In this document: positions 29,925 to 37,542 of the stretch, in pieces
Numbering within the stretch: the stretch's first letter is position 1
Layout: each line of letters opens with the position of its first letter
Source: an uncultured bacterium
Lineage (GTDB): Bacteria; CG03; SLGR01; JAGXOG01
DNA length: 64,000 bases
Direction: 5' to 3'
Assembly (NCBI GenBank): GCA_964476445.1
Contig: CAYZAK010000001.1
Span: 8,351 to 72,350 of the forward strand
The notes under the pieces: generated by a model
The model's database searches: none
What the model saw: only the letters and a program-made list of their open reading frames with translations
Told to the model about the DNA's origin: nothing
Position numbers and translations under genes: made by a program

Positions 29925-31111
29925 TATTGTATATTAAATTCAGAGGCTTCCAGCAGGTTCAGTTGTATATCCCCGTCAACCTCTGTAACCTTTACAGGCG
30001 CTTTTATTTTCTCCTGTCCCGAATCTAAATCGGAAAAATCTTCAATTTGTTCCCGCTGATCATAAGACACAAACATTGGAAACTCGGAATCAGAAAGCTC
30101 CAAATACGCTCCCTCTATCCCTAAACTTACCCGTTTCACGTCAGCCAGAACTATATATTTTTTGCCCTCATCAAGCAAAGAAATTTCCGACGACGGGATT
30201 TCATCTAAAGAATCGACATCTACTTTTTCTACTATTGTCACGGCTGTCTCATCCAAAAGCTGTATATTCTCCGGACGTCCGGACGGATCTACCAGATCAA
30301 TCTGGGGGTCGCCGCGAAATTCGCCTGCCCTAACTTTCATTCTGAACGGGGCGCCTTCCTGGGTAATAGCCTGTTTAATTTTATCCGGAAGAGCTTTAAA
30401 CTGACCGTCAAAAAGAACCATTTCTATACTACCAGAACCGTCATTAAAAGCTATTCTATGTAGAATCAAACCCTCCCGAGGCGAATCTTTGCTATAGTAT
30501 TCCACATCGGCTTCCACCCAGTAAATTTCCCCTTTATCAGCGGGAGTTATACTGATTATCGGCTGTTCTTTTATCTCATAGTTTTCCACCAAACGCATAC
30601 GGTCGGGGATAGATAAAAACATGGACACTCCCCAGGTCTGAGAAACATTAAGGGTACCTATAACATTAACAACATCTCTTAAGTCAGGCATGTCATCCCC
30701 GTGATATCTACGAAAATTATCCAGGTCATTTACTGCCCTGGCGTTTATCTGGCCGGTTCCGTCATCTATTGTCATACTAAAACTGTTTCTGTCCTCCTGA
30801 TACTCCACCTCCCTGACTTCACCTTCAATTTCAACCAGGGCGTTATTCATAGTTTCGGTAATATTGCCAATATTAACCCTGGGGGGCTTTTTCATATAGG
30901 CTGCCACCCATAAAAGTATCAGTCCTACAATAGAACATATAATGGCAAGTTTTTTAATAAGATTTATGGATATGCGTTTTTCGATCCTGGATCCGCATCT
31001 TACGCAGGTAGCTCCACTCCCGACATAGTACCCGCAAACAGGACAGTTACTTATTCCTTCAGAAGAATTTTCGGGATTTTGTTCTTTTATTTGTGTGTTT
31101 TTTTTAGACAT
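29924..31111 (-). CDS. Zinc-ribbon, single-TM protein with two extracytoplasmic OB-fold-like domains
   Basis: CPVCGYYVGSGATCVRCG zinc ribbon, TM LAIICSIVGLILLWVAAY, then two repeats resembling OB-fold cores (TIDDGTGQINARAV; FNDGSGSIEMVLFDG). Confidence 0.45.
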   Translation of the reverse strand: MSKKNTQIKEQNPENSSEGISNCPVCGYYVGSGATCVRCGSRIEKRISINLIKKLAIICSIVGLILLWVAAYMKKPPRVNIGNITETMNNALVEIEGEVREVEYQEDRNSFSMTIDDGTGQINARAVNDLDNFRRYHGDDMPDLRDVVNVIGTLNVSQTWGVSMFLSIPDRMRLVENYEIKEQPIISITPADKGEIYWVEADVEYYSKDSPREGLILHRIAFNDGSGSIEMVLFDGQFKALPDKIKQAITQEGAPFRMKVRAGEFRGDPQIDLVDPSGRPENIQLLDETAVTIVEKVDVDSLDEIPSSEISLLDEGKKYIVLADVKRVSLGIEGAYLELSDSEFPMFVSYDQREQIEDFSDLDSGQEKIKAPVKVTEVDGDIQLNLLEASEFNIQ

Positions 31112-31154
31112 TTTTTTTATTATACTAAATTAATTTTATAAATCAATTTTAATA

Positions 31155-31991
31155 TCAAAGGGCTTCTTCTATAGTTTCTTCCACAGCAGTAGACAGCCGC
31201 TGTACAATTAAATCCACCCGGCGGTTCATAGCTCTTTGTTCGGCTGTACGGTTAGCAGCCACCAGGTGTCTCTGAATAACTTCTTGCATCTCTCTTTGGA
31301 GACTCAACTGCCGATGCCGTATTTTTCTTATTACCATCTCTTCTTCTTCGGGAGTGCCGGCTTCAACAATTTCTTCGGAAAATTCGTGGGGGACATCTTT
31401 TACTCTCTGTTTATACCTGCTAATTTCCTCATTAAACTCTGTCTCTACCGCAGGATGGTATTTACTGTATCCTCCCGCCGATAGACGGCCCGGAGGAAAA
31501 TCCAGCTGTTCGGTAAGAAATCTAGTTATATTAGTAGCCCGGGTGGCCGAAAGTTCCCAGTTAGAGGCAAACTCCGCCGTTCTTATAGGAACACTGTCAG
31601 TATGCCCTTCCACTCTGATATCATTGGGGATATCTATTATCTCTTCGGAAATATCGGCCAGAATATCTTTTGCCTCTTCGTATATATCAGCTTTGCCGGA
31701 ATCAAACATAAGTTTTTCACTTAGACTTATTACCAACCCCCGGGTATCTATTTCCAGAACTATGACTTCTTCAAGCTGGTTTTGATCAGCGTAGGTTTCC
31801 AATCTTCTTTTTACCTGAAGTAACTGCATCTCGTTTAGAGTAGCAGCCAGGGCAAACATCATGACAAAAAATATTAAAAGCTGGGTTACTAAATCAGAGT
31901 ACGTGGTCATCCAGGGCGGGGACCCTTTACCTATCTCTATATCTTCATCCTCACCTTCTAAGAGAATATCATTTTCTTCATATTCGGCCAT
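31155..31991 (-). CDS. motB: Flagellar-type stator protein MotB (OmpA-like peptidoglycan-binding C-terminus)
   Basis: Conserved TM with proton-binding Asp: WMTTYSDLVTQLLIFFVMMFALA (cf. E. coli MotB YADFMT...); OmpA-like core RVEGHTDSVPI...NWELSATRA...NRRVDLIV. Confidence 0.82.
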   Translation of the reverse strand: MAEYEENDILLEGEDEDIEIGKGSPPWMTTYSDLVTQLLIFFVMMFALAATLNEMQLLQVKRRLETYADQNQLEEVIVLEIDTRGLVISLSEKLMFDSGKADIYEEAKDILADISEEIIDIPNDIRVEGHTDSVPIRTAEFASNWELSATRATNITRFLTEQLDFPPGRLSAGGYSKYHPAVETEFNEEISRYKQRVKDVPHEFSEEIVEAGTPEEEEMVIRKIRHRQLSLQREMQEVIQRHLVAANRTAEQRAMNRRVDLIVQRLSTAVEETIEEAL

Positions 31992-32878
31992 TATTTTTTC
32001 TTCTTGGATTTATACTTAAATTTTTTCTTTTTAGTCCTTTTATTGGTTCTTTTTGATTTTTTCTGTTTAGTTTTCTTACCCTTTTTATTTTTTTTCTTAT
32101 CTTTCTTACCGGTATTTTCTTTGTCCGTCGACCGGGGTAAATACGCCCTGAGTTTAGATACCGCAATAGAAGGTATTTCACCCGCCTGTAATGAAAGAAC
32201 CCCCCTTAAAATAACTTTTTTAATAAAAATTTCATCTTCCGACCGTCTTTTTAACTTACCGGCTATAGGCAAAAACAACAAATATGCAACCAGGGCTCCG
32301 TAAAACGTGGTAAGTAAAGCCACGGCCATTCCCGAAGCTATCTGAGCCTGATCCCTGAGATCGGCAAGCATCAATATCAACCCCATTATAGTACCTATCA
32401 TCCCAAAAGCAGGAGAATAAGTTCCTAGAGTCACAAAAATTTCCTGCCCGACCTTATGGCGTTCCCGGGTAAAAGCCAGCTCGGTCTCAAGTTCCTCCTT
32501 AATGAGCTCGTAGCTCTGACCGTCAACAACCATCTTCACACCGCTTTTTAAAAACTCGTTGTCCATACTTTTTATATCATTCTGAAGAGATAGAACACCT
32601 TTTTTAGAAGCTTTTACTATTAAGGCCCGGATGGTATCAATATATTTCTGGGGATCTTCCTGCTCCTCGGTAAAAACCTTTTTCACTATTTTAAAAGCTT
32701 TTAAAACCTGTTTAAGGGGATAAGTAACCATAAGAGCGGCAAAAGTTCCTCCGAAAGTTATTAGAGCCGAAGGTAAATCTATAAAACCCATTAGACCGCC
32801 CGCTCCACCTCGTTGAAAAACAGACATAACTACAAGGATTATCCCCCCGGACAATCCTATTATAGTGGTTAAATCCAT
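31991..32878 (-). CDS. motA: Flagellar-type stator protein MotA with ~45 aa poly-lysine C-terminal tail
   Basis: Four TM helices; TM3-TM4 signature GTIMGLILMLADLRDQAQIASGMAVALLTTFYGALVAYLLFLPIAGKLK close to MotA/PomA. The C-terminus ends with STDKENTGKKDKKKNKKGKKTKQKKSKRTNKRTKKKKFKYKSKKKK. Confidence 0.85.
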   Translation of the reverse strand: MDLTTIIGLSGGIILVVMSVFQRGGAGGLMGFIDLPSALITFGGTFAALMVTYPLKQVLKAFKIVKKVFTEEQEDPQKYIDTIRALIVKASKKGVLSLQNDIKSMDNEFLKSGVKMVVDGQSYELIKEELETELAFTRERHKVGQEIFVTLGTYSPAFGMIGTIMGLILMLADLRDQAQIASGMAVALLTTFYGALVAYLLFLPIAGKLKRRSEDEIFIKKVILRGVLSLQAGEIPSIAVSKLRAYLPRSTDKENTGKKDKKKNKKGKKTKQKKSKRTNKRTKKKKFKYKSKKKK

Positions 32879-32882
32879 AGAA

Positions 32883-33104
32883 TTATTCTTCTTCTTTTAA
32901 ATTGGAAAGTTCTTTCCAGGCTTCTGCGTTGATATTTTTACGGTACTCTTTAACTTTTTCTACAATTTCTTCAATTTTTTCTTTAACCATTAACCGGTTT
33001 CCGCTGGTAAGAGAGATATGAGTATCCGGATGGGCGGTAATTGTCTCTATTAATTCGGCATTTAAAACTATCCGGGTACCGTTCATTTTTGTCACAGTTA
33101 TCAT
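32883..33104 (-). CDS. flbD: FlbD-family flagellar protein
   Basis: MITVTKMNGTRIVLNAELIETI...TLTSGNRLMVKEKIEEIVEKV matches the short FlbD family encoded immediately upstream of motA in spirochaete and Firmicute flbD-motA-motB operons. Confidence 0.75.
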   Translation of the reverse strand: MITVTKMNGTRIVLNAELIETITAHPDTHISLTSGNRLMVKEKIEEIVEKVKEYRKNINAEAWKELSNLKEEE

Positions 33105-33106
33105 AA

Positions 33107-36100
33107 TTATAAAACTAAAATATCTTTAGATGAATTTTTCTTAAATTTATCAGTAATTTTTTTAAAGAAAGATTTCCGCTCTTCCTGAAGTTCACGTAAA
33201 AGACGGGCCTGGTTTTTCTCCAGTTCCTGTCTTTTCTTCTTCTCCTGTTCAGCTATTTGGGATAGCTGTTTCTGGTCTCTTAACATTATATCAAATTTTT
33301 TCTTTAAATTATCTCTTTCCTTAATAACTTTCTGAGTTTTATCTATGAAATTCTTGATTTTTTTCTCCCGATCATCCCATTTTTTCTGCCAATCCTGTTC
33401 CATTTTTTTCTTATCGGCTTTTGAAATCCGGTCGGAATTTTGTTTAGACATTTCCTCTAATCCTATTTCTAACTGAGCTTTAAGTTCCCGAATTCTGTCT
33501 TTTAAAGTGTTATTTTTCTGTTTAAGATTATTAACTGTAGTTTTATTCTGAGAATTCGAAACAGATTTTTCTTTTAGTTCCTTTAACTGTTTGTTTTTAA
33601 GCTCTATATCTTTTATAGCTTCTTCAAGTTCTCCTTTCAACTCGTTTATCATATTTACTTTTTGTTCCTGCTTTGCCAGAATTTTTTTGTTTTTTTCAAG
33701 TTTTTGGTTTAACTTTTTATTTTCCTGTTTTAAATTTTCCAGCTCCTGTTCATCCTCTTCAGAAGGTGTCCGGGAAAGATTTTCCTGTAAATTTTCTATC
33801 TTTAAAGTTTTCTCTTCCAACTCATTCTTTAAGTTTTCAATAACCTTACTTTTTTGGGTCAAATTTTCCTCAAGGTTTTCCTGCGCTTCAAGTTCTACGT
33901 TTAAATTTTCCACTCTGTTGGATAATTTTGCTATCCGTTCTTCTTTCTTTTTCAGTTCGTCATTATCAGGCCTGCTGGAAAGATTTTCCTGTAAATTTTC
34001 TATCTTTAAAGTTTTCTCTTCCAACTCATTCTTTAAGTTTTCAATAACCTTACTTTTTTGGGTCAAATTTCCCTCAAGGTTTTCCCGCTCTTCAAGTTCT
34101 ATGTTTAAATTTTCCACTCTGTTGGATAAGTTTGCTATCCGTTCTTCTTTCTTTTTCAGTTCGTCATTATCAGGCTGGGAGGCGATTTTTTCTTCCAAGT
34201 TTTTGATTTTTTGTTCTTTTTTTTCAAGTTCTTCTTTTTCAGGATTATGTATTAATTTCTTTTCTAAATTTTTAATACGGTCTTTCTGATTTCCTATAAT
34301 TTTTTCTTTATCAACTACATCGGTTTTTAAAGTTTCTATCTTTTCTGCTTTAGCCGTAATTTCATCTTTTAAATTATTGGCTTCACTCTGGTCTATTTTA
34401 TACCTCATTTCTGAGGTTAAATCCTTTATTTTAGAATCTTTTTTTTCAATCTCTTTTAAAATCTGGTTGATCTCTTCTTGATGAGAGGCCTCTTTTTGGG
34501 AAAGTCGCTGTTCTAATTTTTCTATACGCTCTTCTTTATCTTTTAAATCGTTTTTTACCCTTTTAAATTTTTCTGTTATATCTGACAGTTCTCTTTCCCG
34601 ATTTTCTGATATTTGGTTGTTTTTATGGAAATTCTCAACATATTCCTCGGTCTTTTGTTTGAACCGGTTAAAATTATATTTTAAATTATCCAGTTCCTTG
34701 TTTTTATATTCAAGCTCTCTGTTTAATTTATTATTTTCTTCCTCTAATTGTTCCAGCTCTAATCTAAAATCCTTTTTTCTTTCTTCGTATTTATCAGCTG
34801 AATCCCATTTTTCCTCCACCTTGTGCAACAGATCCTGATAATTATTTTTAAGCCGGTCTATTTCATTTCTAAGCTTATCTTCTCGCTTTTCAAGTTCAAA
34901 TTTAATAACCTTGTTTTCTTCTATCTTTTTATCATATTTATTTTTCCACATTTCTATTTCCTCCCTAGCGGTTTTAAGCTCTTCCCGAGCTGACGCAAAT
35001 TTAGCTCTGTGTTCTAAGAGCTTGCTTTCCTGAGTTTCTAATTTTTGATTAAGTTCAACAATCTTGTTTCTGGCATTATTTAAATTCTGTTTAAGTATAT
35101 TTTTTTGTTTATATATATGACTTTTGAGATCTTTTATTTCGGATTTATAATCTTCTATTTTTTGGGCGTGTCTTTTTTCCTGTTCATTTAATTTTAATTT
35201 TAATTCCTCTTTTTCAGAGGTTCTTTGTCTTTTAATATCTCTTACCCGGCTTTGAAGACTTGAAATTTCATCTTTTAACTCTTCTTCTTTTTCCTGATAA
35301 TTAAGACGGAGTTCCTCCTTCTGTTTATCCCATTCCTCTTTAAGCCACCGGGTATTTCTTTTATAATCTTCGAATTCTCTTTTTAAACTCCGTATTCTTT
35401 GATCCTTACGGTTTCTTAATTCTCTTACAGTATTCCGGGATTCTTCAAGCTGGTTATTAAGTAACTCTAATTGCCGGTTATAATCCTCTTCGTTTTTATT
35501 AAGTTTTTCCCGTTCTTCGCGTCTTATTTCTCTAATTTTACTCTCTATTTCAAAAGCTGCGTCTTCTTTTTCCTTAATTACACCGGACAATTTTTCCTTC
35601 ATCTCTTTATTTGTACGGTTTAGATTATGATTTTCATCGTCAAATTCCTGTAAATCTGTTTTTAACTGTTCATTTTTCTTTTTAAGATTACGGTTCTGCC
35701 TTATATTATTTTCCAGTTCTTCTTCTAAATTTTCAATCTTTTGGGCTGTTTTACGGTGTATTTTTTCTTTCTCTTCTTTTAGAGTTTCCACTTTATTTTT
35801 CTGAGTTTCATAACTTTGTCTTAAACTGTTCATTTTTTCTTCATATTCATCTTCTATTTTGGTTTTTATTTTTTCATAATTTACTTTTTTTGTTTTTATA
35901 TTTTCTAACGCTCGGCTGTGAAGTTCTTCTTTAGCGGAAATCTGCTGTTCATATTTTTGCTGAATATTCTTAAACTTTTCTGCCAAATTAGCCTTGCTGT
36001 TCTCTAAATCTTTAATTTGGGATTGGTAATCTTTAATTTTATTACTATATTCTCGTTCCAAAGTTCTAATTTTATCTTCATTCTGTTCATTAATATTTCT

Positions 36101-37426
36101 TATTTTTTCAGTCCAACGGCGGTGGTGAGTATTTAATTTAGATTCTAGATTATTAATTTTTTCATTATAAACGTCCCGCTGAGATTCATATTTACTCTGT
36201 TTGGACTTTATCTGATCAGTGAGTCTATTTATCTTGTTTTTATATCTTCTATCTAATAAATCCTTTTCTTTATTTAAACTGTTAATCTTATTTGTGTACT
36301 CTACCTTTTCCTGTTCGTACTTTTGTTTAATATTTTCATACTTATGTATAGCATCTTCTTTATTTTGAACTTCTCGGGTGAGTTTTTCCTTGTAATTATA
36401 TTTAAGTTTGCTTATCTTCTGCTGAAATTCAGAGACCGCTTTTTCCTTCTCGTTTATATTGTCCCTTAATCTTTCTTCCCACAGTTCGCTTTTATTATTA
36501 AATTTCTGCTGAATTTTCCACAGTTCTCTATTAGTTTCGTCGTTGTTTTTTTGAAGTTCATAAATCTTATTTTTTAAATTATGCCGAACTTCTTTAAGCC
36601 TGTTTTGATAGTCAAGTTTTAAATTATCTCTTAAATTTTCACTTCTTTGAAGTTTTTTACTCCATTCTGTTCTCTTCTCTATAAGTTTCTTTTCCATCTC
36701 CCGCAGTTGCTCCCGGAGTTGTTGTTTCTCTTCACGGGTCTGGTCAAATTTTTTATTTAACGCCGTACTCTGTAAAACTTCCTTTAATGACTGTTCAACT
36801 TTAACGGCATTTTTTTCTTCTTCTTTATATTTTATTCTTTCTTCGTAAGCTCTTTTTTTTGCTTTTTCAAGCTCCTCTTTTAATTCCTTAACTTGTTCCT
36901 GAACCTGGTTTTGAGCTTCCCTGTATGCCTCCTGACGGATCTGATTCTGGGTTTTTTCTTTAGCTATCTTAGCTTTATTTTCTTTACGTATCTTTTCTAA
37001 AGTTTCCTGCCATTTTTTTCTTTCTTCGGCAAGTTCCTGCTCTCTTTTTTTATATTCTTCCTCCAGACTCTTTTTAAGATTAGCCAATTCTCTCTGTCTA
37101 TGGCGAGTCTGTTCTTTTTCTTTCTTGAGAAATTTTTCCTGAAGTTCTAAATTTTCTTCCTCAGTTTCTTTAAGACGGTTCATTAATTCTTCTCTTTCTT
37201 TTACCATCCGACCTTCTATATCTTGAATTTTATTTTTGGCTTCTTCGGCTTTTTGAGACTTTTGTTTTTTCTGTTTATCTTTTTCAGACGGGGGTCCCGG
37301 CGGGAGGGTCGGACCCTGGCCGAAATTGCTGGAGCTGGAGCTGCTATTTTTACCGGGGCCGGGTACCGGAGGAGTTCCCGGCGTCGGATCAGGTAAATTA
37401 GGAAATTTTGAGTTTTTGTTTTTCAT
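33107..37426 (-). CDS. Giant (1439 aa) Lys/Glu-rich coiled-coil protein with Pro-rich N-terminus and internal 68-aa tandem repeat
   Basis: N-terminal PNLPDPTPGTPPVPGPG...SSSSSS low-complexity, then >1300 aa of continuous heptad K/E/L/N/Q sequence. Residues ~1085-1225 contain two near-identical 68-aa units (SQPDNDELKKKEERIANLSNRVENLN...KIENLQENLS). Confidence 0.7.
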   Translation of the reverse strand: MKNKNSKFPNLPDPTPGTPPVPGPGKNSSSSSSNFGQGPTLPPGPPSEKDKQKKQKSQKAEEAKNKIQDIEGRMVKEREELMNRLKETEEENLELQEKFLKKEKEQTRHRQRELANLKKSLEEEYKKREQELAEERKKWQETLEKIRKENKAKIAKEKTQNQIRQEAYREAQNQVQEQVKELKEELEKAKKRAYEERIKYKEEEKNAVKVEQSLKEVLQSTALNKKFDQTREEKQQLREQLREMEKKLIEKRTEWSKKLQRSENLRDNLKLDYQNRLKEVRHNLKNKIYELQKNNDETNRELWKIQQKFNNKSELWEERLRDNINEKEKAVSEFQQKISKLKYNYKEKLTREVQNKEDAIHKYENIKQKYEQEKVEYTNKINSLNKEKDLLDRRYKNKINRLTDQIKSKQSKYESQRDVYNEKINNLESKLNTHHRRWTEKIRNINEQNEDKIRTLEREYSNKIKDYQSQIKDLENSKANLAEKFKNIQQKYEQQISAKEELHSRALENIKTKKVNYEKIKTKIEDEYEEKMNSLRQSYETQKNKVETLKEEKEKIHRKTAQKIENLEEELENNIRQNRNLKKKNEQLKTDLQEFDDENHNLNRTNKEMKEKLSGVIKEKEDAAFEIESKIREIRREEREKLNKNEEDYNRQLELLNNQLEESRNTVRELRNRKDQRIRSLKREFEDYKRNTRWLKEEWDKQKEELRLNYQEKEEELKDEISSLQSRVRDIKRQRTSEKEELKLKLNEQEKRHAQKIEDYKSEIKDLKSHIYKQKNILKQNLNNARNKIVELNQKLETQESKLLEHRAKFASAREELKTAREEIEMWKNKYDKKIEENKVIKFELEKREDKLRNEIDRLKNNYQDLLHKVEEKWDSADKYEERKKDFRLELEQLEEENNKLNRELEYKNKELDNLKYNFNRFKQKTEEYVENFHKNNQISENRERELSDITEKFKRVKNDLKDKEERIEKLEQRLSQKEASHQEEINQILKEIEKKDSKIKDLTSEMRYKIDQSEANNLKDEITAKAEKIETLKTDVVDKEKIIGNQKDRIKNLEKKLIHNPEKEELEKKEQKIKNLEEKIASQPDNDELKKKEERIANLSNRVENLNIELEERENLEGNLTQKSKVIENLKNELEEKTLKIENLQENLSSRPDNDELKKKEERIAKLSNRVENLNVELEAQENLEENLTQKSKVIENLKNELEEKTLKIENLQENLSRTPSEEDEQELENLKQENKKLNQKLEKNKKILAKQEQKVNMINELKGELEEAIKDIELKNKQLKELKEKSVSNSQNKTTVNNLKQKNNTLKDRIRELKAQLEIGLEEMSKQNSDRISKADKKKMEQDWQKKWDDREKKIKNFIDKTQKVIKERDNLKKKFDIMLRDQKQLSQIAEQEKKKRQELEKNQARLLRELQEERKSFFKKITDKFKKNSSKDILVL
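33770..34177. repeat. Two tandem near-identical 204-bp direct repeats inside the coiled-coil gene
   Basis: Unit ggaaagattttcctgtaaattttctatctttaaagttttctcttccaactcattctttaagttttcaataacc... at 33773 recurs at 33977 (offset 204) with only a handful of substitutions, ending ...ttcagttcgtcattatcagg at 33970 and 34174. Confidence 0.9.
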
Positions 37427-37542
37427 AAGATTATCAAGTACTAATGTAAAATTTGATTTTTTTCAAGTTTTAAATTTTATTTTACAGTTTTATATTATTA
37501 TATCCTTATTTTTCTATTGCCATTTTCATTGTATTTATATTC

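Noticed and set aside
31978-32303. Two short ORFs (67 aa minus strand, 99 aa plus strand) over the motA 3' end
   Set aside because: Products of the Lys-codon-rich/poly-T tract that encodes the MotA tail; no independent support
31155-32878. Possibility that the MotA/MotB pair is actually ExbB/ExbD or TolQ/TolR
   Set aside because: The four-TM MotA topology with the GxxxG...LLTTFYGA signature, MotB with a single TM carrying the conserved Asp and a C-terminal OmpA-like peptidoglycan-binding domain, and the presence of flbD immediately upstream all argue for the flagellar-type stator family
33591-34838. Plus-strand 232-aa and 73-aa Ser/Phe-rich ORFs antisense to the coiled-coil gene
   Set aside because: Antisense reading of AAG/GAA-rich repeats gives long open frames by chance; no features of a real protein
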